Positions 1 to 13,827 of a stretch of 64,000 nucleotides of DNA are shown here, in pieces; positions within the stretch are counted from its first letter, which is position 1; each line of letters starts with the position of its first letter. Origin of the DNA: Camelus ferus (taxonomy: Eukaryota). The notes beneath the pieces are model-generated. The model ran no database searches and was not told where the DNA came from. It worked only from the letters and a program-made list of their open reading frames with translations. The stretch is taken from the NCBI RefSeq assembly GCF_009834535.1, contig NC_045715.1, positions 17,980,001-18,044,000 of the forward strand. The letters run 5' to 3'. Made by a program: the position numbers and the translations under genes.

Positions 1-189
1 TTAGGTGAGTTATGATATTCTGAGAGAGAGCAGTGGGAATGCAATTTTAAGAAAATAAGAAGGCAGTTGATTTTAAACAATTTACTCTTTTTATTTGTAC
101 CCAACACAAATGAAGTGACAGCAACCTTGAAGACAGATTGTTGTGAATTCTGAGACAGTGTGAGATATGAAAATAAAACCACAGGTTTG

Positions 190-350
190 ACTGTCCATCA
201 GACCCTATCTTGCAACACAATGCGATCTTGAACAAATTATTTTCCCTTTTCGTCCTCAGTTTCCTTGTCTGGAAAATGGAACCAATGATGATCACCCACC
301 TCAGAGGATGGAGGTGAAGATTAAGTGGGGATAATGTCTTGGCACATACT
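190..350 (+). mobile_element. MIR SINE fragment
   Basis: MIR core-like cctcagtttccttgtctggaaaatgg followed by gaagattaagtggggataatg; boundaries approximate. Confidence 0.55.
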
Positions 351-424
351 ACACACTGAAAACCATGTCCTCTCTTCCCTCTGTTTGCGCTTATATATGT
401 CCTCGGTTTATCTCTGGAGGTATT

Positions 425-579
425 TGTTATCTATTTCTGCATCACAAATTATCCCAAAACTTAGTAGCTTCAGGATCTAAGCTCAGCCAAGCTGGGATCT
501 CTGGATTTCTCACAAGGCTACATTTAAGATGTGATCAGGTATAGCACAGGGAAATATATACAAGATCTTGTGGTAGCTC

Positions 580-618
<39 letters not shown>

Positions 619-1115
619 GACAATGAATATATGTATGTTCATGTATAACTGAAAAATTCTGCTCTACACTGGAATTTGACACAACATTGTAAAATGACTA
701 TAACTCAATAAAAAAATGTTAGAAAAAAAAGATGTGATCAGGACTGCAGTCACCTCAAAGCTCATTGTGGGTTCAATCCACTTCCAAACCCATGCATGTG
801 GTTGTTGGTAGGACTCAGTTCCTCAAGGGCTATTAAACTGAAGTCCTCAAGTCCTTGATGGTTGTTTCTTGTCATGTGGGCAGCTCATTATGGCAGCTGG
901 CCTTCTTATGAAGGAATGAGCAAGTGAGAGGCTAAAAGCAGGGGCCCAAGACAGAAGCCTCAACCTTGCATAAACAAATCTCAGAAGTAACACACCATAG
1001 CTTTTGACATATTCTATTTGTAAAAAGCAAGTCACCAGGTGCAGCACACACTCAAGAAAAGGGGACAACGCAGGGGTATGAACCCTGAAAGGCAGGGGTC
1101 ATTGGGGTTATGTTA
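425..1115. mobile_element. MLT1-family (MaLR) LTR, interrupted by a young L1 fragment
   Basis: MLT1-like motifs (cacaaattatcccaaaacttagtagctt; tagaagcaagtcac-like tail) recognised by eye; subfamily not resolved. Confidence 0.5.
540..728 (+). mobile_element. 5'-truncated young L1 3' end (camelid-type) with 14-bp TSD
   Basis: tatagcacagggaaatatatacaagatcttgtggtagctcacagc...tataactcaataaaaaa; TSD aagatgtgatcagg at 526-539 and 729-742; internal A32 run at 585-616. Confidence 0.9.
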
Positions 1116-2310
1116 ATAGATATATCCTTCACACTGGATATATCACAAACTGATTAAAGCCAGGTGAAACTGTCTTCTTGATCCAGTGTCTTTAAATATG
1201 GAAGTATACCTCTGGTTGAGTGCAGGTACAAGGTCTCATTCTCAGGCATCACCTTTGCAGAAATATTTCTTTGAATTTCTGATTGCTTCTGTCATTTGCC
1301 TCACTGAAGCTGCTGTATCACTGGAAACTACATTTCCCAGGCTCTCTTGCTCTCTGGCTTCCAGTAGATTTGACCAATGGGAGTCACTGGTGGAACATGT
1401 TGGTGAGACCCGTTCCTACTTTGCTTCCTGGGGTTTCTCCAGCCTGATTGATACTTTTTGGCTCCAATCCCATGGCTAGCTCATCTCCTGGTGTTCTCAG
1501 CTCCTGTCTTAGCAGCCGGTCCAGCTTCATGGGGGGGAGGGGGGCTGTGTCCCCTAGATGATAATAGAACCTCTTTTTCCCTTTGTCCCTCTAGCCCTTG
1601 GAGAACTTCTTGTTAAGTGTCCCTCAACTTCTTGCAGCTGCTTATCTTTGGTTACTCCTCATCTTTCTTTTGTTTTCTTAACTCTCTCATTATCTATTTA
1701 TCTAATTACCTCTGTTAAATTCCTTCTATACAAAGGCCCTGGAACAGTTTTTAACTGGACTGTACTAATACACTGACAAATGGTGGGACTGAACCCAGCT
1801 GAAACATAGGTCTTTCCTGAGCAAGTCACTTACAGAGTAGTATTTGCAGCATTTTCTAAAACGTTTGCAGTGCTAAATATCTGCCCTGGTCCTCATGCTG
1901 CTGGAAGTCCAGAGGGTGGTTGCTTCATCAGGATAGAGCTTCACCACTCTGGGCTCAAGTATCCTGTTCTATAAAGTGGAAGGCTTTGTGATATCTGTGG
2001 TCTCTTAAATCTCTGAATATTAGGGGCTCCAGAATTTCTCCACAGAGAAAGTTTAGGAAACACTTTCTAAACTGGTTTGGTTGGGAAGTGGGTGGGAGCA
2101 CTTTATGCAAGACCAAAGTTGGGGGGAGGGGTAAGAAAAGAAAACAAAAACCCCAAACCCTGAGTTGTCCACGTCACAGAAGGGGAGGGTAATTGGGTTA
2201 GACTGTGGGAGAAGCTAATGTGGATTGTGCTATGACTTCATAAAATAAGTATGTTGTCTTAAAAATTGCTTCCTGTTTCCTACTCTACCCCCTGCTTTCT
2301 ACCCACTTTA

Positions 2311-2367
<57 letters not shown>
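2311..2367 (+). repeat. (AAT)19 microsatellite
   Basis: Perfect trinucleotide run read directly. Confidence 0.97.
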
Positions 2368-2372
<5 letters not shown>

Positions 2373-2720
2373 GAAATAAAGTTTAAAAATATGAAAATAA
2401 AACTTCACTGTATTTGATATAACAATAGTTTATAAAGGATGGTAGAATTAGTCGCTGGAATAATCTCACCAGGAGGAGACACAGTACAGGAAAGCTCTCT
2501 TAATTTAAGTTCCTGCATCTTTAGATACAGTTTTGCCATCTGGAAAATGATGATAATAATAGCATGTAGGGTTATTATAAAAATTAAGTGAGTATTTGTA
2601 AAGTGCTTTGAACAGTGCCTGATACATAGTATTTACTCTTTGGTAAACTTTATATATGTGCTGCTATATGCTAAATTATAATTGACTATATTTGTAAATG
2701 ATATAAATTATACTAGAATT

Positions 2721-2796
2721 GGGGGAGGGTATAGCTTGGTGGTAGAGTGCATACCTAACATGCACAAGGTCCTGGGTTCAATCCCCAGTACCTCCA

Positions 2797-2845
<49 letters not shown>

Positions 2846-2850
2846 AAATA
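2721..2850 (+). mobile_element. tRNA-derived SINE (camelid vic-1-like) with (TAAA)n tail
   Basis: ggggagggtatagcttggtggtagagtgc (A box) ... gggttcaatccccagtacctcca (B box), then a TAAA tail. Confidence 0.85.
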
Positions 2851-3850
2851 TCATGGCTACTGTAAGTCTGGAGAATTCAAGTAAGAACCGCTGTGAGAAA
2901 AAGCAAGTTGGTAGTCACCTAGAAAAAGAAGGGTTTGTAGGATGGTGACTTGATCAATGTATCTTTTCCACAAAACAAAACAGTTTACACAAGTGTCCTC
3001 AGGGTGGAGGAGCTGATTGATTGGGGGACTATTGCTTCATGAAAAGATCCTTTTTTATAAACTCTGTGCTCAAAAAGTATCCTTTAGTCTGTTGTCTCTG
3101 GCGTCCTGATCAGAAAGTAAGCACATTTCTGATCCTTATTTTTAATATCAAGTATGTCTCTTCCTATAAATTAATTAATGACATGGCTTATAAATTCAGT
3201 TCATGGGAATTTAAGTTTGTATAATCATAGTAATAGGTAACATCTATGGTTGTTTACTATGCATCAGTGTAACAAGCAGTTCAAAAACATTATTTTATCT
3301 AATCATAGCATACTCCTACTGAGTCAATAATAGTTGTATCAGTTAGATTTTGCTAAATTATATAACAAACAATCCTCAAATCTTGGTCGATGACAATAGT
3401 AAAGGTTATTTCAGGATCATGTCACATTTTTTTGTCGATTGGCTGTGACTCTGCTCCACATTTTCTTCCTGGAGGGACCCAGACTAAAGGAATATGACAA
3501 AGAGATTGCATCGCTCGTAACCATTCTACAGGAAAGGGTGTACACCTCACTTCTACTCACATTTTATCAACCAAAGCAACTCCCAGGTTGATGACTGATG
3601 TTGATGTGGTGGGAAAGTATACTCACAGGGGGAGGCAAATTATAAATCCACATCAATGGGCAGGGATGTATATTCCTTCCAAAAAGGGCAGAAAAAAATT
3701 GAGAGGTAAAAGTACAATCGACTCTACTATCCTCGTCCAAATTTTAGACATGAGAAACTTGAGAAATAGAGTTTAGTAAATATCTTAAAGTCTCAAATTT
3801 AATAAGTAATAGGATTGGGATCTGAAATGGAGTTGTTGGTCTCCAGAACT

Positions 3851-4376
3851 GTGACAGCCAGACTCCAAAATTTCCCCAGTAATTCTCATCTTGTATGCAA
3901 GCACTGTGTAGTTCCCTTCCAAACTGAATAGGACTGACCTATGGAACTAATGGAATATTGTGATTTATGAAGTTACGTTAAAAAAGATATTGTGACTTCC
4001 ATTTTGCTCTCTCTTGGATTACTTATTCTTGGAGAAGCCAGTTGTGATGTAGTGAGTCCTCAAGCAGCTGGATGAACAGGTACATATGCCAAGGAACTAA
4101 GGCCTTCTGTCAACAGCCAACACCACCCTGCCAGTCATGTGAGCCACATGAGCCACCTGCAAATTAGACCTTCTATCCCCAATCAAATTTTCAAGTATTA
4201 GCCATAGTTAATATCTTGGCTCCTATCTTATCAGAGATCCCAAGACAAAACCACCCAGTTAAGTCACCCCCAAATTCCTGACCCATGGAAACTATGTGAG
4301 ATAATAGATGCGTATTATTATTTTAAGCCACTAAATTCTGGGATAATTTGTTATGCAGCAATACAAAACTATACAT
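3851..4376 (+). mobile_element. MLT1-family LTR
   Basis: Starts tgtgacagcc; ends ttttaagccactaaattctgggataatttgttatgcagcaatacaaaactataca, the typical MLT1 3' end. Confidence 0.75.
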
Positions 4377-5616
4377 GAGTGTGTGTCTAACCATTATACC
4401 AATCTGCCGTCATGTATAAATTAACAATCTTGGGTAAACGTATAGATATTACATTTATAAACCAGTAAACCCATATAATTTCGGGAGAATGGAGTGGAAC
4501 ATGTAAAGGGATGCTGAAGAAATAATAGCAAGTTTGATAGACAAAGAGAGAAAAGTAAAGAACAGAGAAAAGATACATAAGGCCAAATGCAATATGTTCT
4601 TGTTCATTGAACCATCTCTTCTAAAGACACCAGCAACATCTTTGAAAAAAGAGATGCTGAAGAGGTTGATTAGGAAAATGCTTATGAGTTAATGGAAAAG
4701 TAAGTTAATATCTCTTAAGTCATTCTCACAGAACCCACTTTTCAGACGGAAGAGAGTATTTCTCAGACTCCTGCCAGGATTAAGGGATCTGTGTTTTGAC
4801 TCTTAAGAGTATATATGTAGACACATATTTTATATTCTTAAGCTCTTATGGGCCAAGAAAGGATACTGAATCCTCTACCTCATCCCCAGATCCAAACTAC
4901 TCTCCACCTGCACCTTCAGTACAGACCATTCCTACCACCAGATTCTAAAGGTTTTCCTTCCTGACAGCCAAGTGGCCAAGTCACTAACCTTTCTCAGGCA
5001 TTTATCTTGAAACAATAATGGGTTCTTGGAACTTCCATATACTTCAACACCCAAATTCACTTTAGAATCATTTATTAGGTTTACTGTTTTTATGTATTTT
5101 TTTTGTTTTGCTTTTATAGATGTGTTTAGCCTTAGGCCAATTTAGAACAATTTAACTCTTGAGTTTAGAGCTTACAGTGTGTGTATATGTGTGTGTGTAT
5201 AGTGTAAAATATATAAGATATAAAAATATATCTACTATATAAGATATAAAAATAAAGAGACTAAGATCACCTCTTAAACTATAGTCCATAACAGTGTTCC
5301 TTCAATCTGCTGATTGAGATCCATTATTTATGAAATCAATTTATTTGGTTTTAGTCAGCTTTATCGAAACTAAATAGAGAGGAGAGGAGAGGGAAGAGAT
5401 AAGAAGGGAAGAGAGAAAGAAATAGCAGAGAAAATTGCATTTAAAGGAAAATCTATTCCTTCCTCAAAGTTTTGTTTTAGTTAGGGTATGTATGATGGCA
5501 TGTGAGTGTGAACATATGATGTAAAACATGCTTCTTAATGCAGGTTATAATCAAAAATTTTTCTTAAAAAAATTATAACTGACCAGCTAATAAACTTTTG
5601 AAAATAAACTGAAACC

Positions 5617-6197
5617 ATTACTATTTAGGCTACAAAGTACCCCAAAACTTAGTTGCCTAAAACAACAACCATTTTATTATACTAGTAGATTCTTCAAATC
5701 AGAACCTCAGAGAGAGCAGAGTGGAGCTCGCCCGTCTCTATGCATGATATTTGGAACTTCAGCTGAAAAGACTTGAGCACTGGAATTTCTAATCAGCTAG
5801 AGACTCCCCTCACATTTCTGGTCCTTGAACAAAGATGGTTCAAAGACTCCAATGACTTGCCAGAGTCTCCAAACATGGTCTCCACAAGCAGCTTGGCTTT
5901 CTCACAACATGGTGGCCTCAGAGTCACCAAAATGTTTACAAGATAGATAGTCCAGAGACCAAAGCGTAAGGGTTCTAGCAAGTAAGGCAGATGCTGTGTT
6001 ACTTTTTAAGACCTGGTCTTGGAAGCCACACTGCCTCCCTTCCTCCACACTCTATCGGTATAAGCTGTCACAAGTTCACTCAGAATCAAAGGGATCAGAA
6101 TTAGACTTGATGTGGAAGCATCAGGACTCACCAGAGAAGGGAACATGAGTCAGGAGAAATTGTTGTGACCATTTTGGGGAAATTAAATTTGCTATAT
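5617..6197 (-). mobile_element. MLT1-family LTR (MLT1H-like)
   Basis: accccaaaacttagttgcctaaaacaacaacc; ggctttctcacaacatggtggcctcag; subfamily tentative. Confidence 0.6.
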
Positions 6198-6779
6198 CAT
6201 ATAACCAAGAGAATGTCCACAAGTAGTAGACTGCATAAGTAAATACAATGGGCTATGTATACAAATGAAATTTTAAACTGCAGTGCCTATCAACAAACTA
6301 GAGAGATCTCCACACCAATATAATACAGAGGGATGGATCTTGTTCAGGGGGAAAAAGCAAGACACAAAAGATTAAATCCACTATGGGTTCGCATACATAC
6401 ATTTCAAAATCAGGACAAACTAAACCTTATTGCTATGGATACATATATAAATGATAAATCTGTGAATAAAAAGGCAAGGATATAATTTCAGTGAAAGTCC
6501 AGATAAAGAGCAGAAGGAGGCAACAGACAGTATCTGGATGTTAGGGAAACTCAGCACACATTTTTTTAAAAAATAAGCTTCATTATATTTTAAAGATTTT
6601 AAACGGGTTTGCTACTAATAAAGTAATCCATACTTACGGTAGAAACTTTGAAAAGCCATTAAAGTTTTGACATAAGAATAAAAGTCATCTCCATTTCCTC
6701 AACTTTGGAGAATCTATGTCACATTTAGGTATATTTTCCCCTTCTGTCAAAAGTGTTATAATATGATGACATACAGAGA

Positions 6780-8800
6780 GAAACTGTTTTTTGTCTTAAG
6801 GAAACTTTTTGTTTTGAACTAATTTTAGATTTACAGGAAAGCTGCAAAAATAGTACCAAAAAATTCCTTATATCCCTCAACTGGCTTCCCCTAATGTTAA
6901 TGTCTTGTGTAACCAAAATCAGTTATGAAGAACTGGGAATGGACATTGGTAACATATTGTTAACTAAACTTTAGACTTTATTCAAATTTAACAAACTTTT
7001 CCACCAAGTACTTTTTCTGTACCAGAATCTTATTCAGGATCCCACATTGGCTTTACTTAATATTTGTCCTTAGTCTCTCCCAGTCTGTAATGATTCCTTA
7101 GTCTATCCTTTTCTTTCATGGCCTTTACATTTTTGAAAAGTATCGATCAGTTAAAGAATGTCCCTTGATTTGAATTTGTCTGATATTTTCTCATCGTTGC
7201 AGTAGCTTATGCATTTTGCCAGGAAATATCACAAAAATGATAGTGTCCTCAATGCAAGGACATCGTGATGTTGATAGGTCTTACTACTTATGAGGCTTAC
7301 TTTGCTCACTTAGTTAAAGCGGTGTGTGCTGGGTTTCTCCACTGTAAACTCACTACCTTTCTTTTTGTAGTAGATAGGTATCCTGGGGAAGATATTTGAA
7401 GACGATGCAAATCCCAATTCTGCTTAAAGTTTTATTCAATGATTTTAGCATCCTGTGGATTTTATCTGCAGCAGGGAATAGTTGTCCCTTCTCCTTATGT
7501 ATAAATTTATTTATGGATATATATTTTGTCTATGAGTTAAAATCCAATATTATCAATTTTTATTTTTTGCTCATGGTAACGGCTTCAGGTATTACTAGCT
7601 CCTTTGACTGGTTTGCATGGTTTTTTGTTTGTTTGTTTATTTTGTTTTGTTTTCAACAAATTTTCATTCTGTTTTAAACATCTTACTTTCTGACACCACA
7701 AGGTGTTCCAGGCCCACCCTGTATTTTCCCTTCTCCAGCCTTGTTGTCTATCACTTCTCCAAGGAGACCTGGTTCTTTTGATTGGAGAACGATACTTAAG
7801 AAACAAAGATTGTCTGCCAGGTGTGCTAACTGCTTCTAGGGTGTCACTGCTCATAGGCCTTCTCAGCTGACAGTGCAAGACAGTATATGAATAAGTTAAT
7901 TCATGTGCACACACACACATATGTTTCTATATCTATAAAACTAGGTATATTTCAAAATATGCATTTATATTAATATTTCCGATTCTAATCCAGTACAACG
8001 AGGTTCATTTTAGCCAAATACTTCTTTTTTCACTAGTGAGAACACTGGATCTCATTTTCTACACCATATTTGCTTCTTTGTTCAATTCTAGTAGACACAA
8101 AAATAGTTTCAGAATTGGGGTTAACCCAAATTCCTAAGAGAAACGCTTTCATTAGATTACAACCTTTATATATAGTTACTTTTGTCTTTAGTCTTGTACT
8201 ATCCCATCAAGATACTGTTTTCTGCAGTTGCTTAAGTTAATTTTTATCTTCCCCAATCCCTTTAGTGTTAGTGTGTTGTTAATTAAATACAGTTTGGTTC
8301 ATTTGTTAGGTGCTTAAATTCTGTTTTGAGTTCCCCATACCTATTGCTTTTAATAGTTTGTTTATTTTGCTGCTATATGAAACAGTACTCTAGTTGTAAA
8401 AGTCACAGTTACACAAGAAGACATACTCAGAAAACTGTCAATCCCTTCTCATCCCTAAGACTCTGTTCTCATCTTCCTCTTCTTTCCACTCCTTCCTAAC
8501 CCACACCCCTATCGTAGATAACCAATCTCATTCATTTTTAATTTATTCTTTCTGTGTATCTTTTGCACAAACAAGCCAAAAGATGTGTTTTTTTTTAGAT
8601 CCTTTTCATTCTGCTACAGAGGGTATCATACGGTAGATATTCTTTTGCAGTTAGCTTTTTCACTTAACCATGTAGCCTGGAATTCATTCCTTCTTCATTC
8701 ATAGGGATCTTCCTCGTTCATTATTGCAGCTGCATATTCCTCAATTGTGCAGATGTGTCCTAGTTGATTCAGTCACTTTTATATGTGGATATTAAAGCTC
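6780..8800 (-). mobile_element. Old L1 (L1MC-like) 3' region
   Basis: tttagatttacaggaaagctgcaaaaatagtac...; tcaggatcccacattg; boundaries approximate. Confidence 0.6.
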
Positions 8801-10409
8801 CTTCCAATATTTTACAGTTCCAAATGATGCTGCAATAAGTGAATAACCCTGGGTATGGACCCTCCCATTTTAATTATTGAATTAAACAAAAAGAATCACA
8901 ATTTCTGAAATAATAAATAGCCCTTTAGAAGAAAACCTTTCCAGAAATGCTCTACACCAAAAACCAAGACAGAGTGCCTCTTAAAAGAGTTCACTAGGAG
9001 AAAGTCTGTACCAACAGATAGAGATCTACAGGTGGTCTTCATGGTGTCACCATGTCTGTGCTCATTCAACACGCCCCTTATGAGGAAGCTGGGGAGGGGC
9101 TAAGCAAAAAAGCACCCCTTCCCCAAACTCTCTTCAATAGTCCAATCATGGTAACCTACTAAAATAGAAAAATCCAGAAGCAAGCAGTTAGAGCCCAGAA
9201 TTTGGGAGTAAAAGGAACCAAGCATAAGCTTCTCTTTCCTTTCAGCTTTTCTATAAATCACATTGTTCCTCTTATCCCAGCTGCCATCATGTTCAAAATG
9301 GAAATGTTACAGAGGGCTCCCCATTTTTAATGACTCAGGGTTCCTTAGAGGCTTAAAAAAGTCAATAATAGGAAATTACTTTTTTAGTTTATTAGAGAGT
9401 AATACACTTGAGAATATATCACGGCTACAAAAGTTCAAGAAACTGCATGAGGAAGACTCTGCCTACTCTGGCCATATGAGTTCATGCTGAAAAAAAAATA
9501 CATTTTACACCAAAGCACCGAGCACCCAGTCAAAAGCTGTGTCCATAACTGAAACTACATGGGTTGGGCTCTGATATTTTACATTCTATTCTAGTTCATT
9601 AAAAAAAAAAAAACACACAGCATTTTGGCCTTGTGCTACAAAATTGATTTCACAGCCTTTAATGATCATTCAGAACTGCAACCAGAAAAACACTGTTCGT
9701 TAAGAGCATGTACTTTGAAGTCAGACAGATGTGAGCTGGAATCTTGAATGCACATCTTACCAATAGTCTTCACAGGAGAATTTCTTAACCTATGTAAATC
9801 CATTTCCTTGTATATAAAATGGGTATACCATCTAGCAGGATAAGAGTATATCTCTATCTTACTTTTTGCTGAGTAAGAATGCAGGTAGCACATAGTCCAG
9901 CAGCCAATAAATGGAAAACGTAATCTTTATTAAGAATAATAAAATGTGACAAGAAGTGGGGATCTGTACTGGGGAATTCTGGTGGTTCACAGGCAGCCAA
10001 GGTCCAATCCATCTGCTATAGATGGAGAATAACAAAGCAGAGGATCCTTTTCAGTTACTCTTCTTTCTTCTTCTCCAGCCCACTCTACTGCCCCGTCGGT
10101 TGTGAATCCAAGGAAGTGAGGATTATAGTGTTGCTGCCCCCATCTTCCCAACCTGTGGTCATATCCAGCACGGACTTCTCTTTGAAGGTCTTGCAGGCAA
10201 TTCAGAAATCCACAGGAATACTCATGACAGGAAATACTTTTGACCTGTTGGTCAGATCCAAGTAAGAATGGCAGTGGTTCGCAGAACTGGCTGGCATCAG
10301 AGACACCTGAGGACCTTGTTAAATATTCAGATTCTGAGACTCCCTGAAGTTATCCATTCACAATCATCTGGTGAAAGACTTTGGAATCTACATTTGAAAC
10401 CCATGTACA

Positions 10410-10520
10410 GGGAGATGGATATAGCTCAATGGTAGAGCGCACGTGTAAGGTCCTGGGTTCAAATTGCGGTATCTCCATTAAAACAAACAAACAAACACAT
10501 ACGAACACCCTAAATAGTTC
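10410..10520 (+). mobile_element. tRNA-derived SINE, diverged, next to a MER5-like fragment (~10274-10400)
   Basis: gatatagctcaatggtagagcgc...ggtcctgggttcaaa...atctccattaaaacaaacaaac. Confidence 0.75.
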
Positions 10521-12502
10521 TGATATAGCTGACAGATCATCAGAGAAATGGAAACTTCTGTTGTTATTCTTATTTCAAATAAATGCTTGATGTAATAGTG
10601 GCAGATCCTCAATGTTTTCTTTAAGTCTGTCATAGTTTTATTTGTAGAAAACACCATGCTCTGTAGGAGATGAGCATGAGTTACAAGAACACAGAATTTA
10701 AAGAGCTAAATAGCGCCAAGTCAGAAGTAGTATGGAATACATAGAATAAAGCAAGGCATTTAAGAGGAAACTTCAATGTATTCAGAAAATTTCAACTATT
10801 TAGGGGAGTGGCTTTGTTTGTTATTGAAAATGAATATAACCCCACTACTCTAGGATCAAGTGTCCACAAAATCAGTTTCCTTAGCAACCATCAATTGGTC
10901 TGTTTTGGAACCTTATCCCCTCTCTTTTTATTTTAATATATACAAAGGATATATTTATTTTTCACTAGCATGCAAAAATTACTTTAAAAATGTTTACACA
11001 TTAAGGCTTTACAAAAGATAATTTACACTTCTTTTATACCAGATTCAGCATTATTTTAAATGAGACTGTGAAATATTTTATTAATGTTGTATCAAAGATA
11101 TATATTCTCATTTATTGCAATAGTAGAGACTGTTGTGTATGGAGAAGATTTGAGGCAATGGAACTAAACTTAATGTGATATCCAATGCTATGTTACAATC
11201 AGCCACACCCACAGAATTGTATCATACCACCTTATAGCACCAGCTAAAATTGTATTTTATTTCAAATGGCTTGCAGTTTTAAAAGAGAATCCCATCCAGA
11301 CCAGTTTCCAGGAATAATTTCCTTTGTTGAGTTTTCATTGCCAACATGTATTCTTTGTTGATTGCCAATGTGTACTACCTAAACAAAACCACTATTTTCA
11401 GAGAACTTGCAAAGGATGACTTCATAGGACAAGAACTTAATTTGGATGGTCTTCCAAAGCTCGGCTTCTAAAATAGAAATCTGAACTTTTCATTCAATCC
11501 TACACGTAACTTGTTTTCTTTTTTTGTGGAGCTCTGGGAAGCATAGGGCCATAGTCTTCAAGACTGAAGCCATATTTGCTATGTGGAGTAGTCATTCATC
11601 TGTTATTTAGTGATAGGAGAGTCTGGGTTTCTCTAGTAATGGAAATAGATATGTTATACTCTGTATTACTCATTTAGTTCCTTCTTATGATCAACACTTG
11701 AATTTCATTTCTAAAAAGTATAATACTATTTGATCCTGAAGCACAAGCCAGAAGAATTCAGTAAGACAGCAGACAAATACTTCAAAGTGCGCCTCCACTT
11801 CCAGTGACTTTGTGGACATCTTCATGTTATTTGAAAATTAATCATTTTCCATCCGTGTGCCCTGACTATTTTGGACCCCCTCCTTTTCCAAATATCTTGA
11901 ATTCAATGTATCTAAACTCATGGAGCAGTTGTCCAGAGGAAGAGAAGCAACAGCCCCGCCCCCAACCCTTGGGAACAGAAAGGAAAAGAATTATCCTAAG
12001 GAATTGTTTAAAAACCCTGATGCAGTAGACAGAAATAAAACGATGGCTGCATAGATTGATGTCCCAGGGGTCCAAAATTTAACCCCATATGGTCAATAAT
12101 CTGTTTAGCATTAAACTAAACCAGTTTGATGAACTCAAATGCCCTCGGCTCAATAGTCAGGACTCTCCGAGGAGCCTGTGTTACTTCCATCACTTAAGCG
12201 CAGATTTGTAATAAAAATCTTAATGTCAGTGACATGGTTTTTGGACATATAAGAACCTAACCACTTGGAGAATCATACTTGAGAGGTCAGAAAACTGCAG
12301 AGTTAAAGATCGGTTTATAATTTACGAAGAAAATAGAAAGTTTTGTTTCTCTGAGTTGAAATTTGACGAGCACGGCGGGAAATATTGCTGGTTTTTGGCA
12401 TAAGGTTTTGTGCTTTCCTCCTAATTTGAGACCTGTGTGAAGCCTGAGGCTTCGGGGATTATTTTCTGAGAAAAATCGGGCAATTCGGTGTAGAGAATTT
12501 TG

Positions 12503-12698
12503 NNNNNNNNNNNNNNNNNNNNNNNNNNNNNNNNNNNNNNNNNNNNNNNNNNNNNNNNNNNNNNNNNNNNNNNNNNNNNNNNNNNNNNNNNNNNNNNNNN
12601 NNNNNNNNNNNNNNNNNNNNNNNNNNNNNNNNNNNNNNNNNNNNNNNNNNNNNNNNNNNNNNNNNNNNNNNNNNNNNNNNNNNNNNNNNNNNNNNNNN
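12503..12698. other. N run (196 nt) covering the H1-4 proximal promoter and 5' UTR
   Basis: Read directly. Confidence 0.99.
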
Positions 12699-12708
12699 TG
12701 TCTTCAAC

Positions 12709-13365
12709 ATGTCCGAGACTGCGCCCGCCGCACCAGCTGCTCCGGCCCCTGCCGAGAAAACGCCAGTGAAGAAAAAGGCCCGTAAGTCTGCAGGTGCAGC
12801 GAAGCGTAAAGCGTCTGGGCCCCCAGTGTCCGAGCTCATCACCAAGGCTGTCGCCGCTTCCAAGGAGCGCAGTGGCGTATCCTTGGCTGCGCTCAAGAAG
12901 GCGCTAGCGGTTGCCGGCTACGACGTGGAGAAGAACAACAGCCGCATCAAGTTGGGTCTTAAGAGCCTGGTAAGCAAGGGCACCCTGGTTCAGACCAAGG
13001 GCACTGGCGCCTCAGGTTCTTTCAAGCTCAACAAGAAGGCAGCTACTGGTGAAGCCAAGCCTAAGGCCAAGAAGGCGGGCGCGGCCAAACCCAAGAAGCC
13101 CGCAGGAGCTAAGAAGCCCAAGAAGGCGACTGGAGCAGCCACCCCTAAGAAGAGCGCCAAGAAGACCCCAAAGAAGGCGAAGAAGCCTGCTGCGGCTGCA
13201 GGAGCCAAAAAAGCAAAGAGCCCGAAAAAGGCAAAAGCAGCCAAGCCTAAGAAAGCACCCAAGAGCCCAGCGAAGGCCAAAGCGGTGAAACCTAAGGCGG
13301 CAAAACCAAAGACCGCCAAGCCCAAGGCAGCCAAGCCAAAGAAGGCGGCAGCCAAGAAGAAGTAG
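12709..13365 (+). CDS. H1-4: Linker histone H1.4, 218 aa
   Basis: [48 protein letters not shown]..., intact globular domain, H1.4-type tail ending [20 protein letters not shown]; 3' stem-loop; position next to H2BC5. Confidence 0.95.
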   Translation: MSETAPAAPAAPAPAEKTPVKKKARKSAGAAKRKASGPPVSELITKAVAASKERSGVSLAALKKALAVAGYDVEKNNSRIKLGLKSLVSKGTLVQTKGTGASGSFKLNKKAATGEAKPKAKKAGAAKPKKPAGAKKPKKATGAATPKKSAKKTPKKAKKPAAAAGAKKAKSPKKAKAAKPKKAPKSPAKAKAVKPKAAKPKTAKPKAAKPKKAAAKKK

Positions 13366-13409
13366 GAAGTTCCTTTGGCCAACTGCTTCGAAGCTCAACA
13401 CAACCCAAA

Positions 13410-13451
13410 GGCTCTTTTCAGAGCCACCCACCGATCTCAGGAAAAGAGCTG
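13410..13451 (+). terminator. Histone 3' stem-loop and U7-binding HDE of H1-4
   Basis: GGCTCTTTTCAGAGCC at 13410-13425; AAAGAGCTG at 13443-13451. Confidence 0.97.
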
Positions 13452-13827
13452 TTGCACACTGGAAGGGGGCGTGGCTGGGAGGATGACAGTGATGGGCGGG
13501 CCTTCGGGGATTGGGATGCGAGGTGCTTAACTCCGCGCCTCCTAGAATATGCAGAAGCTTTTTAAAGAGCGGTTCTCAGCGTCGATGTATGGGGAAACGG
13601 AGTTGAGTATTATACCTTGTTTCGGCCCCCGGAACTCTTGAGAAAAAGGATAGGGAGTCGGTAGCAGTTAATGTCGCCTTCAAAAGTGCCCTCGTTTCCG
13701 CCTTTTCCGTCACTATACTGTTAGACGAGTTACCCAAATGTAACTTTACCTGTAGCAAAAGTGAACTAGGACTTTAGAGAAGATTAAGCAGTGCTTTGAG
13801 AGGGTGACTAACTCGGCACGGCGAAGG

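Noticed and set aside
2721-2795. tRNA-like sequences with A and B boxes here and at other sites
   Set aside because: They have A-rich tails, TSDs and degenerate cloverleaves, so they are SINE heads and not tRNA genes.
1-12400. Short ORFs (60-111 aa) in the first 12 kb
   Set aside because: The region is repeat-rich intergenic DNA with no protein-like composition or recognisable exon structure.
12990-13431. Long antisense and alternate-frame ORFs over H1 (also 39342-39663)
   Set aside because: Shadow ORFs caused by Lys/Ala/Pro codon bias.
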